Assembly (NCBI GenBank): GCA_963798915.1
Contig: CAWCVB010000007.1
Span: forward strand, 1-64,000
Source: an uncultured Gemmatimonadales bacterium
GTDB lineage: Bacteria; Gemmatimonadota; Gemmatimonadetes; Gemmatimonadales; GWC2-71-9
Length of the DNA stretch: 64,000 bases
Reading direction: 5' to 3'
Made by a program: the position numbers and the translations under genes. Shown piece after piece: positions 38,501 through 48,015 of this stretch. Positions within the stretch are counted from its first letter, which is position 1. Each line of letters begins with the position of its first letter. A model generated the notes under the pieces. It did not search any database, was not told the DNA's origin, and saw only the letters and a list, made by a program, of their open reading frames with translations.

Positions 38501-38635
38501 CTCCAGCAACGACAGGAGCTCAGCCCGAAGCTCCTGATCCCCGGCACACACCTGCTCGACGAATGCGGCCCTCGCATCCGCCGGCAGTGCCTGTGCCTCG
38601 TCGAACAGGCGCTCGAGGTCGTCCTGCGGTGTCAT
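35540..38635 (-). CDS. Ser/Thr protein kinase with TM segment and TPR-like region
   Basis: GSGGMGTVY, VALK, HRDVKPGN, DFG, YMSPEQ; N-terminal DQELRAELLSLL typical of ECF-linked kinases. Confidence 0.93.
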   Translation of the reverse strand: MTPQDDLERLFDEAQALPADARAAFVEQVCAGDQELRAELLSLLEHVAPAEAFFERLGEVVGSSASGHFIAPGLSPGDMVGRYTILEHIGSGGMGTVYRARDSRLNRDVALKLLPDHLDGGLADEERLLGEARAAAALEHPNVCTVHEVGETTGGQPFIAMACYDGETLQQRLRRGPLAVEEARDVAVQIARGLGAAHARGIVHRDVKPGNIMLASDGIPRLLDFGLAKAVDVSRTRPGVTPGTIAYMSPEQTRGDQVDVRTDLWSLGVVLYEMLTGARPFAAGNDRAVIQSILHDRPEPPNRRVPTVPESLSQIVMRLLEKRPEDRYQSVSQLLLDLTSVPAAGVARRLRLAFRTGRGRAAVTVTLIALVAAASFALWRVGRSNSPVVADVPAPAIAVLPFRVYGDGLDLWREGMMDLLSTGLDGAAGLRTASVGALLARWNKAGGDRGVTELSSKLEVARRTGARYALIGTAIVAGPQVRLLVDIHDLQGDRSLGQLQVEGPADSMLVLADRLGMQTLAMILDRDPGELPGINLAGITTSSLSALKAYLEGEARFRRSDFNGATSAWERAVASDTLFALAYSRLGEAYAWDESAHETRAVEARAVAYRLASRLSPREASLARAVWIRWQGRQAGVAMLEAAVRKYPDDAQLWYELGDAYFHDRGTAGGPEKAVRALTRASELQPTSAPFRAHLLDLAFVWQPDSAHIAQQVEAYERLAPGAARTRAAQLAFALTFGQGPAKASARQTLDSLDSPTAGMVFDHLQHPRFAREREAVLPLLIPRLGSALPTVLNGHFYALAQIDGRLRQALAVTDDPRGRTTSWGCGVAALATFEFPVPSLFLAMKLASRTTETPADDTRRIQCALIDAANRAQWEAHAVLLSGARQQLRHALTSGDSITAYRWGEAVRFADAFARWRHGDATAAMRGFQDVLANNLEDRFISTLAEWGLGRVALKLNRLDTAELAFQSLWNVPLAHLQLARLYERTGRLAEAQSEFEFFASAWRNADPELQPMVQEARASAQRLALGAPE

Positions 38636-39237
38636 GGAGAACTCTCCAGCGCCCGGCCGACATCCCGATGCAGCCAGGCCTGCGCCATGGCCCAGCCGCG
38701 CTTCACCGTTGCCGGAGAAATTCCCAGCGCTTCGGCCGTGTCCTCGATGCCCATGCCCGCAAAGAAGCGACACTCGACAATGCGACTCTGCCTGGCGTTG
38801 CGCTGTTCCAGGCGCAGGAGCGAGGCGTCCAGGGCGACCAGGGCATCGGCCACCACATCGGATGGATCGGTGTCACCCTTCAGGATGTCCTCGATCTCAT
38901 GCAGCGCCACCTGCTGGCGCCCGCCACCCCGCTTGAGCCGCTGCCTCCGCTTGGCATAGTCGAGCAGGATCTGGCGCATGGCGCGAGAAGCGACCGCCAG
39001 GAAATGCGGCCGGCTCTGCCAGGCCGGCGTGGACTGGTCGACCAGCCGCAGATAGGCCTCGTGAACCAGACCGGTGGTATTGAGGGTGTCGTCCCCATGC
39101 CACCGCTGTCGCTGCCGCTCGGCCAGCCGGTGCAGCTCGGCATAGACCAGCGGGAAGAGCTTGTCGAACGCCTCACGGTCTCCGGACCTCAGGTCGCCCA
39201 GGAGGCCGCTCACCGTGTCCTGGTGGGGGAGTGTCAT
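38632..39237 (-). CDS. ECF sigma factor, kinase-associated type (TIGR02999 / ECF43-like)
   Basis: LVYAELHRLA, TLNTTGLVHEAYLRL, VECRFFAGM, TVKRGWAMAQAWL; overlaps the kinase start. Confidence 0.92.
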   Translation of the reverse strand: MTLPHQDTVSGLLGDLRSGDREAFDKLFPLVYAELHRLAERQRQRWHGDDTLNTTGLVHEAYLRLVDQSTPAWQSRPHFLAVASRAMRQILLDYAKRRQRLKRGGGRQQVALHEIEDILKGDTDPSDVVADALVALDASLLRLEQRNARQSRIVECRFFAGMGIEDTAEALGISPATVKRGWAMAQAWLHRDVGRALESSP

Positions 39238-39500
39238 ATCAGTCACGCATCCAGCGGCGGGATCGGTGCATGGATTACCCACACACGGTCACTACCAACT
39301 TCCCTCGCCCGGCAGAGGCTGTCAACAGAGACGGCACCGCCAGAACGGCTTCGTCGCCGGCCGATGAGCCAAAATCCGATCGTTTGTCGTGAATAGGGTG
39401 CAGCTCTTTCGACCAGCACCGGGAGGCGATCGGCCGGGTTCGGACGGAGTATGTCTCCCATCTACCGCAGTTCCAAATGGAAATCAAGGAGAGTGCAGCG

Positions 39501-40157
39501 ATGGGCAACAAGTGCTTGCCGCTTGTCTTGCTGGCGGCGATGGCTCAGCTCGTGGGGTGCGCAGGAACAGATTCAGTGGCGCCGACCAGCAATGCGGTCG
39601 CCGGGCCGGTGTCGCTCGCCAGCGCTGCCGCGCCGGTGATTGAGACCGAACTGCCCCTCAGCGCGGTGGGCGGCTCAGGCATCTCAGGAACGGTGACCCT
39701 GACGCGGACAGCTGAAGGACTCTGGGCGGATCTCGCGGTGGACGGCCTGACCCCGGGCTATGCGTACAGCATCTGGTGGGGCATCTTCGACAATCCTCAG
39801 GGATGCGTTGACGCCTGCGATCCCTCCGACCTTGCGGTTCGCGAGGCGCAGGGCAGCCTGGTGAATGGCGGTGGCTTCGTGGCCACCGGCAGCACCGTCT
39901 ATCATCAGACGCACCTGCTCCGTCATGACATCGAAGGAAAGTCCCTCCAGGTTGGTGACGCCTCGGGCGTGGACAATCCATTCAGGGCGGAAGTCCATGT
40001 GGTGGTCCGGAACCATGGCCCGGCCGAGACCGATCCGGCCAACCTGGCGCTGCAGACGGGCACCTTCGCCACCTTCTGCAACCTGCCGATGGTCGGGTGC
40101 GCCAATGCGGCCCTCTCAATGTTCTCGGCGCCGGGCGCTCCCGGACGCGCGGAGTAG
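39501..40157 (+). CDS. Hypothetical lipoprotein
   Basis: Lipobox LVGC; YSIWWGIFDNPQGCVDAC, EVHVVVRNHGP; AAGGAG RBS. Confidence 0.75.
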   Translation: MGNKCLPLVLLAAMAQLVGCAGTDSVAPTSNAVAGPVSLASAAAPVIETELPLSAVGGSGISGTVTLTRTAEGLWADLAVDGLTPGYAYSIWWGIFDNPQGCVDACDPSDLAVREAQGSLVNGGGFVATGSTVYHQTHLLRHDIEGKSLQVGDASGVDNPFRAEVHVVVRNHGPAETDPANLALQTGTFATFCNLPMVGCANAALSMFSAPGAPGRAE

Positions 40158-40161
40158 CCCC

Positions 40162-41166
40162 ATGTTCAGGTTGTGCGGTCGCGAGCAGGGCGTACGGTTG
40201 GCAGTCGTGATGGCCGCGGTGTGCTCATTCGCGTGCGACGGCCCTGCTCCGACCGACGTATCCGCGGCAACGTTCTCGGCGGCGAGCGGTCACACCGCTC
40301 TCGTCGAGCGCGGTCGCCAGCTCTTTTTCAACGAGACCTTCGGCGGCAATGGCCGCACCTGCGGCACCTGCCATCCCGCCCCGACGCTCGTCCTCACGCC
40401 GGCCGATATCGCCCGGCTGTCCCCAGACGATCCCTTCTTTGCGGGGGCCATGGACGTCGATCCCCAGATGGCCGCGCGCGGCATGATCCGCTATCCACTG
40501 GGCGGCGCCTCCCTGTTCAGCCCGCAGATGACGGTCTTCCGCGGTATTCCCACCATCCGCAATGTTCGCCGCACTGCCCCGTTTACCTCGGACGGGCGGG
40601 CGGCCACGCTTCAGGAGCAGGCGGCCGAAGCGGCGCTGTTGCACCTGCTGGACGGCGCGGCGGACCGGCCCGGCGAGCGGGTACCCACGGCGGAGGAGCT
40701 GGACGCGATCGTTGCGTTCGAGGAGGCGATGTCCGAGCCAGCAACGGGGGGCGTGGGTCTCGATCTCCTGTCAGCCAGGGCACGCGAGGGACGAAAGTTG
40801 TTTTTCGGGAAGGCATCATGCACCAGCTGCCATGTGCCGCCGCTCTTGACCGACAACCAGTTCCACGGCATCGTGGCACGGCGGCCGGACGAAGCGGCTA
40901 ACGATCCGGGCCGCTGCCGGATCGAGCCCTCCTTGCCGGATTGCGCGCAGGGGGGCGCCGCATTCAATACGCCCCAGCTCCGCGGTGTGGCCAAGAGTCC
41001 ACCCTTCTTCCATGACAACAGCCTGGCCACTCTGCGGGCCGTGGTCGACTTCTACAACAGCCAGCGGTTCAGCAACTCGCCGGCCGCACAGCGCCTGGGC
41101 ATTGCGCCGCTGCACCTCACCGAGGCTGAGCGGGAAGCGCTGGTTGCATTTCTCGAAACGCTCTGA
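40162..41166 (+). CDS. Di-heme cytochrome c peroxidase/MauG superfamily lipoprotein
   Basis: CGTCH, DGRAATLQEQA, CTSCH, TPQLRGV..PFFHD, VVDFYN. Confidence 0.88.
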   Translation: MFRLCGREQGVRLAVVMAAVCSFACDGPAPTDVSAATFSAASGHTALVERGRQLFFNETFGGNGRTCGTCHPAPTLVLTPADIARLSPDDPFFAGAMDVDPQMAARGMIRYPLGGASLFSPQMTVFRGIPTIRNVRRTAPFTSDGRAATLQEQAAEAALLHLLDGAADRPGERVPTAEELDAIVAFEEAMSEPATGGVGLDLLSARAREGRKLFFGKASCTSCHVPPLLTDNQFHGIVARRPDEAANDPGRCRIEPSLPDCAQGGAAFNTPQLRGVAKSPPFFHDNSLATLRAVVDFYNSQRFSNSPAAQRLGIAPLHLTEAEREALVAFLETL

Positions 41167-41179
41167 GAGGCAAGCCAAC

Positions 41180-41225
41180 AAGAGGGGCCGAAGGCACCGT
41201 ATCGCAGGCCTTCGGCTCCTCTTTC
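41180..41225 (+). terminator. Probable intrinsic terminator
   Basis: AAGAGGGGCCGAAGGC..GCCTTCGGCTCCTCTT hairpin followed by a short T run. Confidence 0.6.
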
Positions 41226-41603
41226 GTTCTGAGCCCCCTCTGCGTTGCGTCGTTGCCGTCCACGCCGCACCGGGCTACTTTGTGGTACAAAGCTGACGCG
41301 TTCGATCCCGCGGAAGCTGGTTCATGGCGGGGACCACTCGCTCCACGGAGGTCCAGCGGGCAGACCGCGCTCGCGGGTCGGCTCGGCCGCGTCCGTGGAT
41401 GATCATGGCACTGTCTGATCACGGACGCGTCGGCTGCGTGACGGACGACTTGCCTCCCCAGTCTCGCGAACGTTGGCTCTGCTACTGCGTCGCGATGCCG
41501 TAACGACCAAAGCGCCATCCGCGCCGTCTGACCGAACCTGCAGTCTTGCCCGCGCCCATCTCTATTCTGGAACTTGGCCGCCGCCCACTCCGTAGATCAT
41601 GGA

Positions 41604-43319
41604 ATGCGACGACTCCCGGCATCCCTGCTCGTAATGCTGCTCGCCTGCGCTGGCGGGCCGTTGTCAGCTCAGCAGATCCCGACACTCGACCCCACCGCCG
41701 CCGTTGCGCACTACGGGACTGTCCGACGGGCGCGCGCACTGTACGCCGAAGGGCACTACGCCGAGGCGGAGTCGCTGCTCTCGGCGCTCGTCAGGGAAGC
41801 GTCAGACAACGGTGAACTCTGGTACATCCTGGCGCGAGCTCATGATCGCCAGGGTGAGGCGCGGGCGGCGATCAACGCCTATCGCCATTCCGCCGAAGCC
41901 GGGTACGGCGCGGGGCCGTGGGCCGCGCACCGCATCGCAGAGTTGTACGCGGTCCTTGGCGTGGCCGACTCCGCGCTCGAATGGCTCTCCCGGTCCCTGG
42001 CGCTTCGCTGGGATGACCGGCCGGGAATCGCGGAGGACGACGCATTCGCCACCTTGCGTGACGATCCCCGCTTCCAGCGGCTGGCCGGGATGCCGGCGAT
42101 CACGCCCGGTTCGCGGAACGCGGGCTGGCGTCAGGATGTCGACTACCTCGTCCATGAGGCGAAGCGGATGCACGCTGGTCCGGAACATCTCGCCTTCTCG
42201 ACGGCGTTCGCCTCGGCGGCGCGAGCGCTGAAGGCGCGCGTGCCCGAATTGACGAATGACCAGATCGTGATGGAGATGCGCGCCATTCTGGTGACGCTCG
42301 GTGATGGGCACAGCGCGATCTATGGTCCCGGGCCCGACTCGCCTCTCACGTTCGACGGCGGGATTCTGCCGCTCGAGTTCCACGAGTTCACCGACGGCCT
42401 GTATGTGATTGATGGCGTGGGCGCCCTGGCTCGTTACGCCGGCGCGCGCGTGCTCCGCTTCGGCGACGTGCCGGCCGAGCGGGCGCTCGCGGAACTCGCA
42501 CGCTACACGAACCATGACAACGCAATGACGGTCCGGTGGCTCGGCGATTTCTTCATCCTGCCCACGCTGGACTACCTGCGCGCGATCGGCGCCGCTGGAG
42601 CCGGACACACCGTGACCCTCACTCTGCGGGAAACCAATGGCGTCGTCCGGACCTTGACCGTCGAAGCGCCTGATGGGCCGCTTCCCTTCCCGCGTAAGCT
42701 CCGCCCGCCGCCTGACCAGTCCCATCCACCGCTCTACCTCAGTCAGGTGGACACCAACTACTGGATGCGATCCCTTCCCGATCACGACGCGGTGTACTTT
42801 CAGTTTAACCAGGTGCGCGACAGGAAGGGCGGTCTCTCCATCGCGCAATTCGCGGATTCGCTGCGGTTCGCCCTCGTCCGCACCCACGCGCACGCGCTCA
42901 TTGTGGACGTGCGGCACAACAATGGCGGGAACAACAGCCTCGTGCGCCCGCTGGTGCGGGCGCTGGTCTGGTGGGAGCTCGCGGACTCTGCGCACCGCGT
43001 CTTCGTGATCACCGGACGCAACACCTTCTCGGCGGCCCAGAACTTCATCAATCAGCTGGATCGGATCACCAATGCGGTGTTTGTGGGGGAGGCATCCTCT
43101 TCCAGCCCGAACTTCACAGGCGAAGAGACCAGCCTGATCCTGCCGTACAGCCGGGTAGTCGGCAGCATTTCGACGCAGTACTGGCAGGACTCCAACCCTG
43201 ATGATACGCGGTTGTACATCGAGCCGGACATCCCGGTGGGTCTCTCGTCGGTGGACTATTTCGCCGGCCGGGACCCGGCGCTCGAGGCCATATTCCAGCT
43301 GATCGAAGCCGAGCTCTGA
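41604..43319 (+). CDS. TPR plus S41-like peptidase, secreted
   Basis: Signal peptide, TPR, LGDGHS, LIVDVRHNNGG, GRNTFSAA, FVGE. Confidence 0.8.
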   Translation: MRRLPASLLVMLLACAGGPLSAQQIPTLDPTAAVAHYGTVRRARALYAEGHYAEAESLLSALVREASDNGELWYILARAHDRQGEARAAINAYRHSAEAGYGAGPWAAHRIAELYAVLGVADSALEWLSRSLALRWDDRPGIAEDDAFATLRDDPRFQRLAGMPAITPGSRNAGWRQDVDYLVHEAKRMHAGPEHLAFSTAFASAARALKARVPELTNDQIVMEMRAILVTLGDGHSAIYGPGPDSPLTFDGGILPLEFHEFTDGLYVIDGVGALARYAGARVLRFGDVPAERALAELARYTNHDNAMTVRWLGDFFILPTLDYLRAIGAAGAGHTVTLTLRETNGVVRTLTVEAPDGPLPFPRKLRPPPDQSHPPLYLSQVDTNYWMRSLPDHDAVYFQFNQVRDRKGGLSIAQFADSLRFALVRTHAHALIVDVRHNNGGNNSLVRPLVRALVWWELADSAHRVFVITGRNTFSAAQNFINQLDRITNAVFVGEASSSSPNFTGEETSLILPYSRVVGSISTQYWQDSNPDDTRLYIEPDIPVGLSSVDYFAGRDPALEAIFQLIEAEL

Positions 43320-43558
43320 GCGAGACGATCGGTGACCTGCCTCTCCTCGTCTCGCGAGCGTTGCCTGCTCCTGCGTCGCGATGCCGGCATGAAACGCCTT
43401 GGCGGCCAGCTCTGCGCCGCCGATGACGAGATCGATGCAGCATCCAGACGGAGAACGGGTACAGGCGGGCTGCCCTCTCGCCGTATCGACCCGCGCATCG
43501 AGCTTGGCGGGCAGCACGCCGGCGCGGCAGACCTCCTGGCGGCGGCGCATCCCCAAGG

Positions 43559-44260
43559 TTAGCCCTTCGGCCCAAACCTCCGCACTACCGTGCCACTATC
43601 GTCGAGAAACTCGATCGCGGCGGTGCCTGCCGAATCGACCACCAGCCGGAGGCGAGGCCGTCCAGCGCCGTCGGCGAGATAGACCGCGGATGAGCCGTCA
43701 AACTGGCGGCCAGCCCAGACGCGCAGGCGGCCGCGAAGCGCCCGCCACTCGGCCAGCGCCTGTGCCTTCCGGACGCTGTCGGTCATCGCCTGGATCATGT
43801 TGTACTGACGGTCCCACGCCATGCTGGTGGTCTCACCGGGGTAGTCATTGATCGCCAGCCCGGCACGGCGGCGGCCGCCGTCCTCCACATACTGCAGCGC
43901 CACCGTCTGGTCACGATCGTACTGGTCGAACGTCAGCGACCCGACCGCAGTGGTGTGGTTCGAGTCAGTCTTGCCCGAGAAGATCAGCCCACCGGCCTCG
44001 GTCTCTTCATCGTTGTAGAAGATCAGCCCCTCGCGCCTTCCTGCCCCGTAGCCGAACGGCACCCCACGCTCGATTGGCCCCGGCGTGCGTGGCGTGTTGG
44101 CGATCACCATCCGGATTCGTCCATCGGGCTCAACCACGTTGATCCGCTCCACCGTGATCTCATCGAAGCGCTGCCGGCGCTGGCTGACGAATGCTGCAGT
44201 GAGTGCCACGGTGCTGAAGGCCAGATTGGCGGCCAGCGTGGCCCGACCCAGGCGGCTCAT
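43559..44260 (-). CDS. Hypothetical exported protein
   Basis: 233 aa; FDEITVERINVVEPDG; overlaps the upstream gene. Confidence 0.7.
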   Translation of the reverse strand: MSRLGRATLAANLAFSTVALTAAFVSQRRQRFDEITVERINVVEPDGRIRMVIANTPRTPGPIERGVPFGYGAGRREGLIFYNDEETEAGGLIFSGKTDSNHTTAVGSLTFDQYDRDQTVALQYVEDGGRRRAGLAINDYPGETTSMAWDRQYNMIQAMTDSVRKAQALAEWRALRGRLRVWAGRQFDGSSAVYLADGAGRPRLRLVVDSAGTAAIEFLDDSGTVVRRFGPKG

Positions 44261-44700
44261 GGCTTGTCCTCCTGCAACCGTTCCAGCGTGTGCTGCTGTA
44301 CCGGCGTGAGGGTGTTCTTCATTCGTATCAGCAGCAGCATCTGGCTCCGCTTGAGCTCGAACTCGCGCTTGAGCACCTGATCCACTGCTGCCATTGCGGC
44401 GGCCTCATCGATCCGCTCGGGCCGGAGCAGCGAGGCGAGTTTCTCGTTGGCGGCGCTCAGCTCCCATTGACCCGTGGCGAACTGGTCCTGGATCCGGCGG
44501 ATCTCTGCCTGCATCGCCTTCCGCTGCACGTCGCTGATCCCCAGCTGCCTCTGGTGGCGGATGACCTGGTCGGGCGAGAAGACGAATTGATAGGCGAAGT
44601 GAAACCGGAACCGGCCGGTGTCGGCCGGTGTGGAATCGGTCTGCGCCGCGAGCGGGGCCGCGAGGCCCAGCACCAGCAGCGCCAGCAGCGAGTGTCTCAT
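44257..44700 (-). CDS. Spy/CpxP-like periplasmic protein
   Basis: Signal peptide, LGISDVQ, LTPVQ motif. Confidence 0.75.
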   Translation of the reverse strand: MRHSLLALLVLGLAAPLAAQTDSTPADTGRFRFHFAYQFVFSPDQVIRHQRQLGISDVQRKAMQAEIRRIQDQFATGQWELSAANEKLASLLRPERIDEAAAMAAVDQVLKREFELKRSQMLLLIRMKNTLTPVQQHTLERLQEDKP

Positions 44701-45041
44701 GGGTGTGGTTCTCCGGCAATGAACACGTCGGGCATCTCATCGACGAGCGAGGTGACCGGCGCGGAGAGGTCGCCGATTCCGGCGAGCGGTGAGTTGAGCA
44801 GGACGTCGGTTTCCGGCTGCCAGTGGACGATCTCTGCGAGGGTCACCGCCGGCAGCGGGTGATGGGCGACCCGAAGCGAGATGACGACCAGCACGACGGT
44901 CGCCGCGGCGCCGACCAGTACCCGGCGTCGGAGCCGGCTCGGGCCGGTGCGGCGGGCGCGCACCGTCTCGAATCGCGGCGCGCGGAAGCGGTCCCATTCA
45001 CGCAAGGCGGCGAACTCGCGTCGCAGTTGTTCGTCATCCAT
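44697..45041 (-). CDS. Putative single-TM anti-sigma factor
   Basis: Follows the ECF gene; one TM segment; WQPETDVLL. Confidence 0.65.
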   Translation of the reverse strand: MDDEQLRREFAALREWDRFRAPRFETVRARRTGPSRLRRRVLVGAAATVVLVVISLRVAHHPLPAVTLAEIVHWQPETDVLLNSPLAGIGDLSAPVTSLVDEMPDVFIAGEPHP

Positions 45042-45044
45042 CGT

Positions 45045-45557
45045 CTACCCCTCCTTCAGATCGGCCAGCATTGTGGCCAGGCGCGCCTTGCCACGAGCGA
45101 AGTGGGTGCGAGCCGTGCCGAGCGCGAGGCCGAGCACCCCGGCGGCCTCCTCCACTGTCAACTCGTGGTAGAAAACCAGTTCGACCATCTCTCGTTGCCG
45201 GACACTGAGCCGGCCCACAGCAGCGCGGAGCCGGCTGGCCCGGCTGGCGCGTTCAGCAGAGTGATCGGCCGGTGGCGGCGCCGTAGGGGCAACCCGGTTG
45301 CCGTGGCGCTCCAGCAACAGCCGGTGCAACCACAGGCGTCGGCGGCGGTTCGCCGCCGAGATCCGGATCACGCCGTAGAGCCAGGTCCGGAAGGCGGAAC
45401 GGCCGTCGTACCGGGCCTTGCCCTCGAGCACCGCCACGTAGACCCCCTGAAGGAGGTCGTCGGCGTCGTCGGGACGATCGCCGCTGCAGCGCACTGCCCA
45501 GGCCCGTGCATCCAGATGGGCAGCGGCCAGCATCGCACGGAGATCGCCGTGGTCCAC
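45045..45557 (-). CDS. ECF RNA polymerase sigma factor
   Basis: DADDLLQ, AFRTWLYGV, LTVEEAAGVLG..GTARTHFARGK. Confidence 0.9.
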   Translation of the reverse strand: MDHGDLRAMLAAAHLDARAWAVRCSGDRPDDADDLLQGVYVAVLEGKARYDGRSAFRTWLYGVIRISAANRRRRLWLHRLLLERHGNRVAPTAPPPADHSAERASRASRLRAAVGRLSVRQREMVELVFYHELTVEEAAGVLGLALGTARTHFARGKARLATMLADLKEG

Positions 45558-45740
45558 GTCCGCCCTTCCTCTCGCGATCAGATGGCTGTTCATGAGTGGT
45601 TTGACGCACCGCGCCATAGGACAGCCGCATCGAAGGTGGGTCAAGCGAGCGGCCACAACGTCCGTGATCCAGGTACGCAGATCGCCCGTGATCCCCTCGG
45701 CATCCGGGCATCACCCTGGGAGCTCAGAATCCCGAGTACG

Positions 45741-46238
45741 TCATCTCGATTCTTCTCGCAGATGTTGCACCGGCGAAACCAACGAATCGCGACCGTCCGA
45801 GGCCAGGCATCTACATGTGCCATCAGGCGGCAACCTACTGGCGTACAGTCCCCTGCTGGTGCAGAAATCCGCGCAAACAATGGCGTCGGGCTTGCGCCCA
45901 AGGTTTCCTGTGCTGAGTTGGTGAAGAAACGCCACGAGCAGCAGGCCTGCGGTGGAGCCCATGGCCAAGAAAAGGTGGTTCCTGTTCAGGACGGCCGATG
46001 ATTCCTGGCGTTTGCCCCACCGGTACGCAGCCGCGAGCAGCGCGAGCCACACCAGGCTGAAGGCGGCAAGAACGAGGAGCAGGAGGGAACGATGAACGGA
46101 TGATGGCCAGGCATTGTCTCCCAGCACGAATATCCAGAGTGTGCCGGCGATCGCCCCTGTCAGCAGTACGGCAAGGATTCCGGAAAAGAGAAACGCTGGC
46201 ACACCGAACATCAGCGTATAAAGGTATCGACGCTTCAT
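45741..46238 (-). CDS. Hypothetical membrane protein with C-terminal Cys cluster
   Basis: Three hydrophobic segments, CADFC..CRC; ATGA overlap. Confidence 0.65.
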   Translation of the reverse strand: MKRRYLYTLMFGVPAFLFSGILAVLLTGAIAGTLWIFVLGDNAWPSSVHRSLLLLVLAAFSLVWLALLAAAYRWGKRQESSAVLNRNHLFLAMGSTAGLLLVAFLHQLSTGNLGRKPDAIVCADFCTSRGLYASRLPPDGTCRCLASDGRDSLVSPVQHLREESR

Positions 46239-46951
46239 CCCAGGTCGTCCCTGAGCCGGGCCGCGTAGCGACGGCTGATGACCACCAGACCGGAACCGTC
46301 GGTGAGATGGAGACGGTAGGTGTAGTGGGACCACGGTTCCACGCGCTCGATCCGGGCCAGGTTCACGATGGTGGACCGATGGACCTGCCGGAAATCGGCC
46401 GGCAGGCGCCGCACCCACTCCTTGAGCGCCCGCGGCGTATGGATGGACAAGCCACCGGTGGTCCGGACCCGGCTGCCTCCTTCCTCAGCGTCGATACGGA
46501 TGATCGTAGCGATCTCCACGAATTCGGCCCGGTCGCTCGCCTCGAGGAAAATCCAGCGCGCGCCGGTAAAGGCCACGGGGGCTGCCGGCTCACGCGCTCC
46601 CAGGAATGCGTCAACCCTGGAGAGCGATTCGGCCAGGCGATCGGGGTCGACGGGCTTGACGAGATAGTCGAGGGCACGAGCTTCGAACGCGCGAACGGCG
46701 TACGCATCGTACGCGGTCACGAAGATCACCGCCGTAGCTCCGTCCAGTTCCGGCAAGAGGTCGAACCCCGATTCACGGCCGAGCCGAATGTCCAGAAAAA
46801 CAAGATCCGGGCTGGTCCGGAGCGCGAGCCCGCCGGCGGTGGCAAGATCCTTCGCCTCGCCCACCACAGTCACGTTCTCGTGCGCCTGCAGGAGCCGCTG
46901 CATCTCGCGGCGGGCCGGGGCCTCGTCGTCAACCACAATCGCCCTGATCAC
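46235..46951 (-). CDS. LytTR family response regulator
   Basis: VVDDE, VFLDI, IFVTAYD, DYLVKP, FRQVHRSTIVN. Confidence 0.95.
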   Translation of the reverse strand: MIRAIVVDDEAPARREMQRLLQAHENVTVVGEAKDLATAGGLALRTSPDLVFLDIRLGRESGFDLLPELDGATAVIFVTAYDAYAVRAFEARALDYLVKPVDPDRLAESLSRVDAFLGAREPAAPVAFTGARWIFLEASDRAEFVEIATIIRIDAEEGGSRVRTTGGLSIHTPRALKEWVRRLPADFRQVHRSTIVNLARIERVEPWSHYTYRLHLTDGSGLVVISRRYAARLRDDLG

Positions 46952-48006
46952 GGGACGGTTGTCTCCACGGGTTCGTGACTTCGGCGGGGGGCCGTGAGTT
47001 CCAGTGCTGCTAGCACCCGACCATTCCGCTCGGTGAGCTCGAAGCGTCCGTCGTCACCATACATCTGCCGCAGCCGGACTCGGGTGAGATCCAACCCGAT
47101 CCCATCCGGAGACCCGGCCAGCGTGCCCCCACTCTCGACCTCTATTCGCACAGTGGCGCCTGCGACCCGGGCGTGAACCGCGACGAGAAGCACGCCGTCC
47201 GGGCCAGGAGTTCCGTGGTGCACCGCGTTCTCGACGAGAGGTTGAAGGATGAGAGAAGGCAGGAGAACATCGCGCGCGGCCGGATCGATCCAGACATCAA
47301 CCTTCAGGTCCGGCTCGAAACGCGCCTCCTCGATCTGCAGGTAGTCCCGTGCAGCGGCAATCTCCGCCTGGACCGTAGCCGGGCGGCCAAGGTCGGCCGA
47401 GAGGGCATGGCGGAGGAACTCGGAGAGTCGGGTCAGCACGATTCGCGCACGTCCGGGATCATCGACAACGAGGGACCGGATCGTGTTGAGGGCATTGAAG
47501 AGGAAGTGGGGCGCGAGTCGTGCGGCAAGAGACCGGACCTGGGCCTCATGCGCAGTTGCCTGTTGCTCGAGGAGCATCTCCCGAGCCTCCCGCTCGCGAC
47601 CCCATACCAGCGCGCCCACCGCCGCGGCCGACCAGCCAAGAAGCACGATCAGGTATTCCAGATCCACACCGCGAACGAAGCGTACCCATGGGACGACGAC
47701 CCCGAAGGCAGTGATGATTGTGACCAGGATGGCGCGGTCAAGCACGGGCCACAGGAAGAGCCCGATCACCAACGAGCCTATCCCGAGGATGGCCAGCCAG
47801 TCGTTCCGGTCCTTTCGGACTGCCCATCGGATCGCGAGCCACAGAACGCTCGTGATCCCCAGCCCCGTTGCTGCCCGGACCAGGTTCGCGAGCGCCATCG
47901 CCTCCCGCTCCGTCGGCTGCACCTCGGGGAGAATCGCCAGGAAACGGGCGATACCATAGAGGCCCCAAAAGACGACTTGGACGCCGAGCCATCGCTTGCC
48001 GCGCAT
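46948..48006 (-). CDS. LytS-type sensor histidine kinase
   Basis: TM region, PHFLFNALN, LQPLVENAVHHG. Confidence 0.93.
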   Translation of the reverse strand: MRGKRWLGVQVVFWGLYGIARFLAILPEVQPTEREAMALANLVRAATGLGITSVLWLAIRWAVRKDRNDWLAILGIGSLVIGLFLWPVLDRAILVTIITAFGVVVPWVRFVRGVDLEYLIVLLGWSAAAVGALVWGREREAREMLLEQQATAHEAQVRSLAARLAPHFLFNALNTIRSLVVDDPGRARIVLTRLSEFLRHALSADLGRPATVQAEIAAARDYLQIEEARFEPDLKVDVWIDPAARDVLLPSLILQPLVENAVHHGTPGPDGVLLVAVHARVAGATVRIEVESGGTLAGSPDGIGLDLTRVRLRQMYGDDGRFELTERNGRVLAALELTAPRRSHEPVETTVP

Positions 48007-48015
48007 GCGAGGAGT

